From Acidobacteriota bacterium (GTDB lineage: Bacteria; Acidobacteriota; Terriglobia; Acidiferrales; UBA7541), in assembly GCA_003223315.1 (NCBI GenBank), contig QHYR01000253.1, positions 53,288 through 117,287 on the forward strand: a stretch of 64,000 nucleotides of DNA, in the 5' to 3' direction. Positions 10,546-20,650 of this stretch are shown in pieces (the stretch's first letter is position 1; every line of letters begins with the position of its first letter). The position numbers and the translations under genes are program-made. Under the pieces are notes generated by a model, which had not been told where the DNA came from, ran no database searches, and saw only the letters and a program-made list of their open reading frames with translations.

Positions 10546-11115
10546 CTACAAGGCAGTGCAACTTGTCCGCTGATCTCTAACCTGGTTTAGCTTTTGTCCC
10601 TGCATAAAATGTGTCGACCGTCGCATGGGAAGACACGTCAATCCAACTCGTTTCATCGCTTTCACGATCCTGCCGACCGTCTGGAAGGTTTCTTTGCGAC
10701 CAAGAAATGAAATCTGGATTCCAAGGCAGTTAAACAACGTTCCGTTCAGCAGAACATAGCTACAAAATACGACATCCTTCAGTTGCCACCCCAGGCTGAG
10801 CGCTTGGCCCTTGAGAATACCATTGATGCGGGATGAAGCGCCAACCAAAGATCTCCACCACCCTTTAGAACACGAGAGATTTCCCGCAACGCCTTGTTTA
10901 TATCCATGTAGGGAAGCGCTACTCGAGAAAACACGAGGTCGAAATACTCATCCTCGAAGGGAAGGTCTTCCCCTCTAGCGGACACCAGCCCAATGTTGGG
11001 AGGAGCAAGGCGACGCCCGGCCTCAATCGCTTCTATGTCGCAATCCACTCCATATCCTTGGACATCGCTTGGGAGCTGAGCGGCGAGCAATGACTGGCCG
11101 ATGCCGCAGCTACAT
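10546..11115 (-). pseudogene. Class I SAM-dependent methyltransferase, N-terminally truncated and frameshifted
   Basis: SAM motif I (DTGCSCGIG) follows an in-frame TAA directly, with no start codon. Frame a (10779-11090) ends ...LALHPASMV. Homologous sequence continues in another frame (10546-10848: ...ILKGQALSLGWQLKDVVFCSYVLLNG...FQTVGRIVKAMKRVG). Confidence 0.55.
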
Positions 11116-11487
11116 CCAGTATCCGCTTGTGCTTAGTGGGAAGAATTGGAGGGAGGAAACGGCCGGAGCCGAAGATGCGGAAGAAGAGTCATACCCAGGA
11201 GCAAATTCTGCAGGCGCTCCGGCAGGCAGAAGGCGCATCATCTTTTTCTCTAGATAGATCAAGCCCTATGCAGCCTGTTCAAGAGAATACGGGCAGTTCG
11301 ATGATGCAAGACCTGTGTGCGCTGTTGCCAAAAGAGGAGGATCTTCTCGAAAGACTGGAGCAGCGCGTCGGGCGAGTGCATGCACACCAGCGACTCGGTA
11401 TGGAGAAGGATTACGAGGACAGATTCAATGGCCGCATCAACTTCCTGCACCCTGACAAATGGTATTCCGTACATTCTGTTTTCACCC

Positions 11488-12153
11488 ATGCATCTAAGTG
11501 ACTTGCACGTGGATATGAACCCCGGTGCCATGCATCGAATGACGGAGCTCATTGCCACGCTGGAATACGATATTTGCGTGTTGACCGGTGACTTTCGCGG
11601 AAAGGTATTTGGCCCGTTCGACACAACTCTACTGGGAATGACGCGCGTGCGCTCACAATTAAGCGAATCAGTTTACGGCGTGCTTGGCAATTACGATACT
11701 GTGCGCATGCTTCCCGAGTTGGAAGCTATGGGCATCCGCATGTTGCTCAACGAATCGGAAACGATTGTGCGCGGCAACCAACGTATTCATTTGGCAGGCG
11801 TCGATGATGCCCACTATTACGGGGCAGCTAACCTCGAAAAGGCTGCATCCAGAATCCCGCGCGGCGAATTTTCGATTCTGCTTTCACATACACCAGAGAT
11901 CTACAAGCAAGCGGCGTATGCTGGCTTTAAACTGTTCCTGAGCGGCCACACACACGGAGGCCAAATCTGTTTGCCAGGATCGATTCCTGTGACTCTATCT
12001 TCATCTTCGAATCTGCCAAGACATATGGGAGCTGGTCCATGGAGCTACCGCACGATGACTGGTTACACGTCTGTTGGGGTCGGATCGTCCGTAGTTCCCG
12101 TAAGGTTTAACTGCCCTCCGGAGATTACTCTCCATCATTTGCAATGCATCTGA
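11488..12153 (+). CDS. Metallophosphoesterase (calcineurin-like); conservative start at MHLSDLHVD, N-terminal region displaced into another frame
   Basis: Motifs are HLSDLHVD, VLTGDF, GNYD, GVDD, LSHTPE and SGHTHGGQ. An upstream homologous N-region (...INFLHPDKWYSVHSVF) lies in the 11127-11501 frame and stops just before, suggesting a deletion or frameshift. Confidence 0.7.
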   Translation: MHLSDLHVDMNPGAMHRMTELIATLEYDICVLTGDFRGKVFGPFDTTLLGMTRVRSQLSESVYGVLGNYDTVRMLPELEAMGIRMLLNESETIVRGNQRIHLAGVDDAHYYGAANLEKAASRIPRGEFSILLSHTPEIYKQAAYAGFKLFLSGHTHGGQICLPGSIPVTLSSSSNLPRHMGAGPWSYRTMTGYTSVGVGSSVVPVRFNCPPEITLHHLQCI

Positions 12154-12390
12154 AGCACGCGGCCGGGAGCCACGCATTATAAAACCGTGCCCCTTATGGA
12201 GTAGGTGTTGAGCGCTGGTATGCCGATGAAAAGGTTCAAACCGGAGCAAATCGTAATGCTGCTGCGGCAGATTGAATGGAGATCGCAAACGGGGAAACCA
12301 CTTGAAACCTCCGAATATCTTGGTGCCTCGAGACGGATCCAAAAACCTAGTTGTTTCCATGATAAGGGAGCCAAGAGGCACACCAAGCAC

Positions 12391-12654
12391 TTATCCGTGC
12401 GTTAGGGAGTCTTGCTCGGCGTCTTTCCCTTGTCGGTGAGCTTTCTCGTGACACGTGGCACAAAGGGCTATCAGATTCTCGGCTGTGTCATCGCCCAGTA
12501 AGCTCCGCGGCTGAATGTGATGTACTTGAAGACTCTCCGTTCGCCCACAGATTTGGCAACGCCAACCATCCCGCTCTAGAACCTTGCGGCACAGCTGACC
12601 GTAAGCTTCCGGATCAAGCATTAAGCGTGGCCGTTTCGTGCGAATCCGCGTCAA
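12391..12654 (-). CDS. HNH endonuclease (87 aa), cassette copy 1
   Basis: ...DGWRCQICG...LQVHHIQPRS...NLIALCATCHEKAH gives a Cys4 zinc site plus the HNH catalytic His. The DNA is close to the copy at 16197-16460. Confidence 0.85.
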   Translation of the reverse strand: MTRIRTKRPRLMLDPEAYGQLCRKVLERDGWRCQICGRTESLQVHHIQPRSLLGDDTAENLIALCATCHEKAHRQGKDAEQDSLTHG

Positions 12655-12830
12655 CGGGCTACCTGAACGCTTTCAAGTAATTGCTTCCTCTGCGGCATCG
12701 GAAGACCGAGGACCAGCCGAATGAGGGAGGGCAGCAGACCATCTTGGTTACCGGTCGCTAGTGTCGCACCGCCAAGGAAATCTGTGCAGATCATCTCCAG
12801 ACAGTAGCATTGGGATTTGTCGCCTAACAT
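12391..12830 (-). repeat. HNH cassette repeat, copy 1 (~440 bp)
   Basis: Aligns by eye along its whole length, with scattered substitutions and small indels, to 16197-16640. Confidence 0.7.
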
Positions 12831-12881
12831 CAGCTCCGCTAGTGAAATGACCTCGAGATCAGATTGAAGAAAATGTTTCAC
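12651..12881 (-). pseudogene. 3' remnant of the 230-aa gene that is intact at 16465-17154
   Basis: ...CYCLEMICTDFLGGATLATGNQ... aligns with ...GYCLEMICADFLAGATLETGNQ... of the full copy. Similarity ends near 12830, so only the C-terminal ~60 codons are homologous. Confidence 0.5.
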
Positions 12882-13099
12882 GGCACTCTTTCGTAAGCGT
12901 CAAGACCGTCCGGGCGGGACACGCGACCGGTTGGTGAAGCTGCGCACACGCTGACGAACAAGGTGAACGACCCGCTGTGGGGCCCCGCAGCATCGAGGAC
13001 AGACGTCATAAGATTCGTAGGGCGTAAAAGTGTTTCAGGTTACTTCTACCAAGACTTCTCGACCTTTTACGATGTGTATTTTCCTGATCACCCTCCCAA

Positions 13100-13984
13100 G
13101 TGGAGATTGGCATGATTGCGGAGCATTTTCTGGTTTCAGCTTCAAAGCGCGCGGTTAGGTGGTGGACGTCTGAATCGTCAGCCCTCGCCCTGCGCGCAAA
13201 ACAGATGACAGCTGCCGTGCTTCCGGAGTCTCTTCTGATTGCTATCAAGAAGCGCTATTACACAATGCTTCTCCGGACGTCACGACTCGATTCAGTAGAA
13301 GGAGACACGGATGCGCTCCCTCACATCGTGAAACGGGGCGATTTCGTGATTGATATCGGCGCGTTTGTTGGGTTCTATACGAAATCGCTATCCTCTCTCG
13401 TTGGACCCTGCGGTAAAGTCTGGAGCACTGAGCCAGTCCCTCAAACCTTCCAAATTCTTTCATATACGACCCACAAGCTGCGTCTGAAGAATGTCGAGCT
13501 GTTCAACTGTGCCATTAGCGATTCAGAGGGGCTAGTCACAATGGAGGTTCCTCGCTACCGCGGAGGCGGAGAAACATGGTACGATGCTCGGATTGTCCGT
13601 GGGCGAAAGAGCACTCAACACACGGTCTTTAACGCATCGGCAAGAACTCTTGACTCGCTCACCGGTGGCGTAAATCGCTCCGTTACCTTTATTAAATGTG
13701 ATGCCGAATTCCACGAGCTGTTCTGTGTGCGCGGAGCCTTAAAAACGATTCGTCGTTGGAAACCCGCGCTGCTGATCGAGATGCTGGAGAGTCCTGATCA
13801 TGGTGCCGACCAGCGGAAGCTTGTAGAGCTTCTCCCCGATCTCGGCTATATGCCTTACTGGTTTGATGGCAGTCCCTTTCATCTGCGGCAGTCCGGACAA
13901 AACAGCCAAAACTACTTTTTCTTTTCGAACGATCATCGCACGATCCTGGAAAACAGCCATCGTCTGGCAGCTTATTCCGGATAG
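13100..13984 (+). CDS. FkbM-family methyltransferase
   Basis: ...GDFVIDIGAFVGFYT... is the FkbM/Methyltransf_21 motif. The start is uncertain: GTG 13100 or an internal Met such as MTAAVLPE. Confidence 0.7.
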   Translation: MEIGMIAEHFLVSASKRAVRWWTSESSALALRAKQMTAAVLPESLLIAIKKRYYTMLLRTSRLDSVEGDTDALPHIVKRGDFVIDIGAFVGFYTKSLSSLVGPCGKVWSTEPVPQTFQILSYTTHKLRLKNVELFNCAISDSEGLVTMEVPRYRGGGETWYDARIVRGRKSTQHTVFNASARTLDSLTGGVNRSVTFIKCDAEFHELFCVRGALKTIRRWKPALLIEMLESPDHGADQRKLVELLPDLGYMPYWFDGSPFHLRQSGQNSQNYFFFSNDHRTILENSHRLAAYSG

Positions 13985-14449
13985 AAAAAGTTGAATGCTA
14001 TCGTGTTTAGCCAATATCTCAACGATGCCACTCTAATTTTCTAGGTCTTGATGGCAAGTGATGAAGTTACGAACCAACCGCTGATACGTGCTCGGATGCA
14101 ATCGCAGGATTCGTGGAAGCATGCCACCCTCCTGGAGAGAGTATGGCATGTTGGAGGATTTATGTCCCTTTAATTATGCGCGTATGTATAGCTCGTTGGG
14201 CAAAGCACAAGAAAGATCAGCAGAAGAGAGAATAAGCTACAAACGGAAACGGTTTTCGTCAAGGCGCCGGATTTCCACTGCTAGGACAGCTATTATAAGA
14301 ATCATGCTCACGTTCGCGTTAGAACTCCGACAAGATCGAGCGGCAATAATTCCGTTGAGATTTGCCACTCAAGCCTACTTGAATGGCGCGAGCGAGATGA
14401 GATCACGCTGGCAATGCCATAGAGATTATGTTAGTGAGTCAAGCATAGA

Positions 14450-15244
14450 GTGAAATCGGTGCGAAGCATTCTTATTTGCCACCATGACGAGCCACTGAAC
14501 AGATTCGGCCTCGCACGATGGCTTGCGTCCTTTACCGAGTTAACCGCTATAGTCGTTGTGCACGAGCCGCCAGCTCGTCTCTTGCGACGCGTCCGTCGCG
14601 AGATCCGGCGAGTGGGGATGCTGCGGTTCTTCGACGTCCTTGCCTTCCGCATATACTACAGGTTAGCGCTTGCCGGGTCTGACGGCGCTTGGACAAACGC
14701 AATGCTGAAGGAACTGCTCCTGCGATATGCCGACATACCCATAACGTGCCGCGTCCTTGACACCTCCAGTCCAAATAGTGCCGAGGTTTTGAGGCTGCTG
14801 CAGGAGGTTCAGCCGGACCTCGTTCTGGCGCGATGCAAGAACATACTGCGGGAAGAGGTGTTCAGAATTGCGTTGAGCGGTACGTTTGTTATGCACCCAG
14901 GTGTGTGCCCAGAATACCGTAATGCGCACGGCTGCTTCTGGGCGCTCGTGCGCAGGGACCTGAAAAAGGTAGGGATGACGCTCCTGCGGGTTGATGCCGG
15001 CGTAGACACCGGCCCCGTGTACGGCTACTATTCCTGCTCTTTTGACGAGTTGCAGGAGTCACACGTCGTGATTCAGAATCGAGTTGTGTTCGACAACCTG
15101 GACTCGTTACGTGCCAAATTTGAAGAGATTATGAGAGGGAGGGCCCCGACGATCGAAGTGTCGGATCGAAGGTCGCAGGCCTGGGGCCAGCCTTGGCTCA
15201 CAAGCTACGTGCGTTGGAAGCGCGCGGCCCGCCGGATGGTTTGA
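14450..15244 (+). CDS. Formyltransferase-family protein (Formyl_trans_N-like)
   Basis: ...PDLVLARCKNILREEVF...GTFVMHPGVCPEYRNAHGCFWAL...VDAGVDTGPV resembles the HPxxLPxxRG formyltransferase core. GTG start. Confidence 0.6.
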   Translation: MKSVRSILICHHDEPLNRFGLARWLASFTELTAIVVVHEPPARLLRRVRREIRRVGMLRFFDVLAFRIYYRLALAGSDGAWTNAMLKELLLRYADIPITCRVLDTSSPNSAEVLRLLQEVQPDLVLARCKNILREEVFRIALSGTFVMHPGVCPEYRNAHGCFWALVRRDLKKVGMTLLRVDAGVDTGPVYGYYSCSFDELQESHVVIQNRVVFDNLDSLRAKFEEIMRGRAPTIEVSDRRSQAWGQPWLTSYVRWKRAARRMV

Positions 15245-15250
15245 GCGAAT

Positions 15251-15995
15251 ATGCGTGCAGTTACACTCCTATTTCATGATGTGGTGCCGGCAGGCCGCTG
15301 GGAATTGAGCGGCTTCCGAGGTGCGGACGCGGACCTGTACAAATTGGATTGCGCCAAGTTCCGTCAACACTTTATGGCGATCTCCCAGAGCCTCCGCAGC
15401 CAACCGACCACTGGACCTGAGGTGCTCGTCGGGCCGTCAGATGACCACCCAGTCCTGCTGACGTTTGACGACGGCGGCGTGAGCGCGTTGCTATACGTTG
15501 CGGACATACTCGACGAGTTTGGGTGGAAGGCGCACTTCCTGATTACGGTCGTCACACCCGACACGCATGGCTCATTGTTCGAAGGCGGAACTAAATATCG
15601 AATGGAAACGAAGCGTGCTCTCGTTGACCGAAATCCTCGGCGAACCGATACAAGTGGCCTCTGTGCCCGGTGGGTACTATTCGCGCCCTGTTGCCTTCGC
15701 TGCGGCAACGGCTGGCATCAAACTGCTGTTCAACTCGGAGCCAGTGACCAGGTCGCACGCCGTTGATGGTTGCTTGGTCCTAGGGCGCTTCATCGCGAAA
15801 CAGTGCACTCCCCCAAGCTGGTCGGGGGCCATAGTTGCAGGCCACCGGCGGCCGCGGATCCGGGAGTACTTTTTCTGGAACGGCAAGAAAGTGGCCAAGG
15901 CGCTCTTAGGAAAGATGTGGTTACGAGCAAGAGTCTTTCTCTTGGCGCGCCGTGCACAAACTACCTCGCAGTGGCCTGGAGCAGATTCGCGCTAG
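15251..15995 (+). pseudogene. Polysaccharide deacetylase, internal deletion plus frameshift
   Basis: The N-part (15251 frame) reads ...VLLTFDDGGVS...GWKAHFLIT. The C-part (15567 frame) reads ...EWKRSVLSLTEILGEPIQVASVPGGYYSR.... The expected His-His block between them is absent and the frame changes near 15560-15600. Confidence 0.65.
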
Positions 15996-16196
15996 TGACT
16001 TGTGCAGTCGACCGTTGCCGGCTTGCTGGTTAGATCACTACCAACCACGACTGTAAGCATTATCCCGGATACGAATATTGCTTTAAGCGTGAACCAAAGC
16101 GGATTCGAAAAGAAGTGGAAGAGATCGTTAGTGGCGGGGGAAAAAGGGGCCAGATCCCTCCACTCGGGGCGGCCACGCTGCCGAGTGGATCGCGCC

Positions 16197-16460
16197 TCAG
16201 CCGTGCCTCAGAGAATCCATCTCAGGATCTTGGCTTCGCCGGTGAGCTTTCTGGTGACAAAGGAGACAAAGAGCGATCAGATTCTCGGCCCTGTCATGGC
16301 CGAGGCGGCTCCGCCGCTGGATATGATGGACTTGAAGACTCTCCGTTCCCCCACAGATTTGGCAACGCCAACCATCGCGCTTTAGAACCTTGCGGCACAG
16401 CTGGCCGTAAGTTTCAGGATCAAGCATTAAGCGTGGCCGTTTCGTGCGCATCCGCGTCAA
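16197..16460 (-). CDS. HNH endonuclease (87 aa), cassette copy 2
   Basis: MTRMRTKRPRLMLDPETYGQLCRKVLKRDGWRCQICG...LQVHHIQRRS...LIALCLLCHQKAH. It is the last gene of a tightly packed minus-strand operon. Confidence 0.85.
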   Translation of the reverse strand: MTRMRTKRPRLMLDPETYGQLCRKVLKRDGWRCQICGGTESLQVHHIQRRSRLGHDRAENLIALCLLCHQKAHRRSQDPEMDSLRHG

Positions 16461-16640
16461 GGGGCTATCTGAACGCTTTCAAATAATTGCTTCCGCTGCG
16501 GCATCGGAAGCACCCAGGACCAGCCGAATCAGGGAGGGCAGCAGACCATTCTTGGTTACCGGTCTCCAGTGTCGCACCCGCCAGGAAATCCGCACAGATC
16601 ATCTCCAAGCAATAGCCTCTGGATTTATCACTTCCCAGCA
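16197..16640 (-). repeat. HNH cassette repeat, copy 2
   Basis: See copy 1. Here it is embedded in the intact operon context. Confidence 0.7.
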
Positions 16641-17154
16641 TTAGGGCCGCTGTCTCCAGCGCCTGTTCGATCACCGGCAGTTGACTCTTGTACACCTTGA
16701 AATAGACGATCTCCCACGGCTCGGTCTCCCGCCCCGTCAGGTGTTTCTCCACCTCTCTTTTGAACTCTTCCTTCGGGAGCTCCCTAGCTTTGTGCAACCA
16801 GGTTGCACAGTCAAACTGTTCCCGATCTCTGCGGGCCACCTTCACCAGTTCCGTCGCTTTGCTCCATCCCACCAGCTTTAGATCGGGCTTGGGGATCTTT
16901 GGTAGATGTTCGTGAATGGCCATCAGGTAGTAAGCCTTACGCCTTGATTCCGGGAACTTCCTTTCCAGGTATTCATCAAACGACCTCAGGTTATCCAGCC
17001 GCCAATATTGCCCTGCCCGCACTTCACAGAGGTAACGGCCCAGTTCCACGAATTGCGTGTCGCGCTCCCGGTCTGAGCTCTTCTCCCAGCCCAGGATCTC
17101 ATCGATTTTCGACAGCACGAGTGAGGCTCGTTTGGAGTTGAGCTTTGGCGGCAC
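16465..17154 (-). CDS. Hypothetical protein (230 aa), phage/plasmid-type, function unknown
   Basis: The long ORF 16465-17595 overlaps the nuclease gene in its 5' 440 nt. GTG 17154 is preceded by AAGAGG at 6-nt spacing, 10 nt after the nuclease stop, so it is preferred. The product is rich in charged helices (...FVELGRYLCEVRAGQYWRLDNLRSFDEYLERKF...). Confidence 0.55.
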   Translation of the reverse strand: MPPKLNSKRASLVLSKIDEILGWEKSSDRERDTQFVELGRYLCEVRAGQYWRLDNLRSFDEYLERKFPESRRKAYYLMAIHEHLPKIPKPDLKLVGWSKATELVKVARRDREQFDCATWLHKARELPKEEFKREVEKHLTGRETEPWEIVYFKVYKSQLPVIEQALETAALMLGSDKSRGYCLEMICADFLAGATLETGNQEWSAALPDSAGPGCFRCRSGSNYLKAFR

Positions 17155-17164
17155 GAGAGGCCTC

Positions 17165-17744
17165 TTAATCCACAAGGTCGTTAAGCCAATCAAAGTCGCT
17201 GGCTCCAGGACGGCGAATGAGCTTTGATTCAATGAGCTGCTGGTTACCAAGACAGAGCCCGAGATGTGGGCAGCTGATGCAGCCGTTCTGCGGGAACCGG
17301 ATGCCGCTGTGCGGCAGGAACTCGCCACTTTCGATATGGCTGGCCGTCGCCTCGACCATACGGCCAAACTCTTCCCTCTGTTGGTCGGTGATGGTGGTCT
17401 TGAGGTATTGAACCTCGCAGAAACGCTTCCTAACAAACGCGACCAAGGCCACCTCCGAGATTCCGCTGATCCAGGAGTAACAGACGAGCTGAGGATCAAG
17501 AGCCAGCAGGCCTTTAGGTTCTTCTGGATAGCGAGAGGTCGTGGTCTTCCATTCCAATAAGCAACGATTGCCATCCAGTCTGCCAATGCCGTCAATATAG
17601 GCGACGAAATCGCTTCCGTTTGGAAGCGAACGCACTAGCTTGGTCTGCATGTTGCGGCTGGGTCGGCTGATCTCGATGCGATCGTCCTGTGCCAGCCTCT
17701 CCGGTAGCTGAACGCCTTGGCGAAACATGCGTTCCCAACTGTCT
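17165..17744 (-). pseudogene. PD-(D/E)XK (Cas4/RecB-like) nuclease, C-terminal fragment split by IS21 insertion
   Basis: ...YIDGIGRLDGNRCLLEWKTT... is a D...ExK core, with a C-terminal Cys cluster ...GCISCPHLGLC. It joins in frame to 20071-20232 when the IS and one ACTGTCT copy are removed. Confidence 0.75.
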
Positions 17745-17751
17745 CCATGTC

Positions 17752-19229
17752 TTGAGTGAAGAAAAGAAACAACAAGTCATCGCACTGGGGAAGCTCGGAT
17801 GGCCCTTGCGGCGCATTGAGCAAGCCACTGGTGTCCGTCGAGAAACAGCGAGCGCTTACCTGAAGGCAGCCGGGATCGCGGTGCGACCGCCAGGTTCGTG
17901 GGGACGGCGAGGGCCGGCAAAACCGGCCAACGAGGTGACCACCGACCCGGGTGCGTCACCTTCCGGAAACCAAGGACCACCTGCGGACCGTCCCGACCGG
18001 TCCGCCAGTTCATGTGAACCGTATCGCGAGCTAATCGAGCAGGGACTGGGTCGTGGCCGGAATGCCATGGCCATCTGGCAGGACCTAGTTTCGGATCACG
18101 GCTTTGCGGGCGGCTATCAGGCGGTGAAGCGTTTTGTTCGCAAGCTTCGGGGATCGGAGCTGCCAGCCGCGGCGGGCATCATCCTCACCGCCGCGGGAGA
18201 AGAAGCGCAGGTCGACTACGGCAGTGGCCCGATGGTACGCGACCCGCAGAGCGGCAAGTACCGAGCGCACGCATCTGGGCCGAGCTCCATGAGAAAGCTT
18301 TTCGCCGACTCGGAGGGTGTCCCCGGGTCGTGGTTCTCGACAATCTGAAAGAGGGAGTGGCGGCTCCCGATATCTACGATCCCACCCTCAATCCCCTGTT
18401 TCGGGATGTGCTCGCGCACTACGGCGTGGTGGCGCTGCCTTGCCGGATCAAAGATCCCGATCGCAAAGGGAAAGTGGAGTCCAGCATCGGACACACGCAG
18501 AAAACACCGCTCAAAGGGCTGCGCTTCGAGAGCCTGGAAGAAGCACAGACTTATCTGGATCGCTGGGAACAGCGGTGGGCCGATACGCGCATCCATGGCA
18601 CGACAAAACGGCAGGTCGGGGCCATGTTCGCCGAAGAAAAACCGCACTTACTCCCACTGCCCATCGAACCCTTCCGGTATTACCAATACGGAGAGCGCGT
18701 CGTCCATCTGGACGGTTGCGTGGAGGTCGAGGCCGCCTATTACAGCTTGCCACCAGGATGGATCGGGCGACCGGTGAAGGTGCAATGGGATGCGCTGCAC
18801 GTGCGTATCCTGCATCCGAACACGAACCAACTTCTTCGCGAGCACCTCCGCCGGAAACGCGGCGGGTATCGCATCAAGGAAGAAGATCACCCGAAGAAAA
18901 TGCCGCTGAGCACGGCTCAGCTCTTGCGGCGTGCCGGCCACGCCGGAACCCAGATCGGCAAACTCTGCGAGTTCATCTATCACCAGCAGGGACAGACTGG
19001 CATCCGTCGCATCCTGGGGATCCTCTCCCTGGCGAAGAAATACGGTACGGCAGCGGTCGAAGATGCCTGCACGACCGCTCTCGACATCGGCGTGCATGAA
19101 TACCGCTTCGTTCGCCGTTATCTCGAGCGCCGCCCGCAACTGTTTCTACGACAAATCGATCCCCTGATTCGTGAACTCACCGAGTATCGCGATCTCATCA
19201 ATCTCAAAATCAAGGAGCAACCGGAATGA
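17752..19229 (+). pseudogene. istA: IS21 transposase IstA with internal deletion and frameshift
   Basis: The N-part reads (TTG)SEEKKQQVIALGKLGWPLRRIEQATGV...EAQVDYGSGPMVRDPQSGKYR. The second frame reads WAELHEKAFRRLGGCPRVVVLDNLKEGV...GTTKRQV.... The usual segment between ...GKYR and ...WAELHE is missing, around 18255-18275. Confidence 0.75.
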
Positions 19230-19981
19230 ATCTGATCGAGTTAAATCGCGCCTTACGACAACTGCGTCTCGGCGGCATCGCTGCCGTGCTCGAGACGCGT
19301 CTGCACCAAGCGCAAGCGGAACCGATGGCGCCCATCGATTTCCTCTCCTGTCTGGTGTCCGACGAACTGACTCGTCGCGGCGAGCGGCTGCTGGAACGAC
19401 GACGGAAGCAAGCGCAATTTCGCGACCCGCAGAAAACGCTCGATAACTTCGATTTCAACTTCAACAAGAAAATGAATCGGAGCCTGGTCTTCGACCTGGC
19501 CACGGCCACGTTCGTTGCCCGCCATGAGGACGCTCTGTTTTTAGGTCCGCCCGGCACCGGGAAAAGTCACTTGGCCCAGGCCATCGGACAGGCGGTCATC
19601 GGGCAGGGCTATCGTGTGATTTACCGCGAGGCCCACATCTTGCTCGAGGAAATCTCCGAAGCGGCTCTCGACGGAAAACGAAAAGAGCACATGGAACTGC
19701 TGGCCACCGTGCCCCTGCTCATCATCGATGACTTGGGCATGCGCAAGTTAGCGCCCACAGCAGCAGAGGAGCTGCTGGAGATCGTCATGCGCCGTTACGA
19801 ACGTGCCAGCACGCTGCTAACCTCCAACCGCCCTGTGGAAGATTGGGGCAAACTGCTGGGCGACAGTGCGGCCGTCACCGCCATGCTCGACCGCCTTCTC
19901 CACCATGGCCACATCCTCAAGTACGGGCCGCGGAGCTGGAGGACAAAAACAGACTTGCCCGATCAGGTGAAAACGGGATAA
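19226..19981 (+). CDS. istB: IS21 helper ATPase IstB
   Basis: 251 aa with Walker A GPPGTGKSHLA and Walker B LLIIDDLG. An ATGA overlap links it to the istA stop. Confidence 0.9.
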   Translation: MNLIELNRALRQLRLGGIAAVLETRLHQAQAEPMAPIDFLSCLVSDELTRRGERLLERRRKQAQFRDPQKTLDNFDFNFNKKMNRSLVFDLATATFVARHEDALFLGPPGTGKSHLAQAIGQAVIGQGYRVIYREAHILLEEISEAALDGKRKEHMELLATVPLLIIDDLGMRKLAPTAAEELLEIVMRRYERASTLLTSNRPVEDWGKLLGDSAAVTAMLDRLLHHGHILKYGPRSWRTKTDLPDQVKTG

Positions 19982-20070
19982 AAGAACCAGGTTCCGGGCC
20001 ATCTCCGTTGGCCGGTTTTGCCCTGACCACCGTTGGCCGGTTTTGAAGTGACCACTGAGGGCGCCGCACT

Positions 20071-20232
20071 ACTGTCTTCCCTGCGGAAGTAAGCACCGAG
20101 AGCCTGCTCGAAGCAACGGCCGAACAGGAGGGTTGCCCGACTATCCTTCTCTTTCCAGCCATCGAGATACCGATAGCGATAGCTTCTCGGGCAGCGCAGG
20201 TACTGAGCGATTTGGGTATAGCTATAGGTCAT
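20071..20232 (-). pseudogene. PD-(D/E)XK (Cas4-like) nuclease, N-terminal fragment
   Basis: MTYSYTQIAQYLRCPRSYRYRYLDGWKEKDSRATLLFGRCFEQALGAYFRREDS, then the IS21 right end. Confidence 0.7.
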
Positions 20233-20650
20233 GGCTAACTTCCTGGTTCGTTGAAGGGGCAAACTCTTCCCAATCATCAGCAGGAGCGAATCCGTCGAAA
20301 TTGAGGAAGCAATGCCCGTTCAGTACGGTGTGTGAGACGCGGACGATGCCCTGCAGGCCAAGCAGGGCTTTTTCATCCAGTTCATCTCGGCCTAGCAGAT
20401 CGTTGTTATAAGCGAAATCTCGAAGGAACCAACTCAGCCGCCAGAGTGCTTTGGGTGTGCAGTAGATCCGGCCAGCCAGTGAATGGCCACGGTGCTGTTT
20501 AGGCTCGAGAACCGCGAAGCGCAGGAGGTAAAAAGGTCTCGTTGGATGCCAGCGATAGAAGGCTCGATCCACACGGACGAGGAAGACACCTTCAAGTTCA
20601 TCGGAGCCATTTCCGCTTTCGCGATGCAGGCCGGGAATGTGGCGTGTCAT
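20222..20650 (-). CDS. Hypothetical protein (142 aa)
   Basis: ATGA start/stop overlap with the upstream gene at 20647-20650, and an overlap with the nuclease start. No motif recognised. Confidence 0.5.
   Translation of the reverse strand: MTRHIPGLHRESGNGSDELEGVFLVRVDRAFYRWHPTRPFYLLRFAVLEPKQHRGHSLAGRIYCTPKALWRLSWFLRDFAYNNDLLGRDELDEKALLGLQGIVRVSHTVLNGHCFLNFDGFAPADDWEEFAPSTNQEVSHDL

Larger units (their letters stand above)
17745..20070 (+). mobile_element. IS21-family insertion sequence (about 2.3 kb), istA defective
   Basis: Contains the istA/istB pair. It is flanked by a 7-bp direct repeat ACTGTCT (17738-17744 and 20071-20077). Excision restores the host ORF ...FRREDSWERMFRQ.... The right end carries two copies of CGTTGGCCGGTTTTG. 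No clear terminal IR was seen by eye. Confidence 0.8.

Noticed and set aside
14088-14453. 121-aa ORF in the spacer before the formyltransferase gene.
   Set aside because: The product is low-complexity, and the ORF includes the decayed ARWAKHKKDQQK gene-tail remnant in another frame. This is probably non-coding debris.
16465-17595. Full 376-aa reading of this ORF.
   Set aside because: Its 5' 440 nt overlap the PD-(D/E)XK nuclease gene in another frame and are Ser/Arg/Pro-rich. An internal GTG 17154 with an AAGAGG RBS, 10 nt after the nuclease stop, is far more plausible.
18216-19139. Minus-strand ORFs of 143 and 163 aa inside the IS21 element.
   Set aside because: They are antisense to istA and have no similarity to anything recognisable. 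Such ORFs are typical in GC-rich transposase genes.
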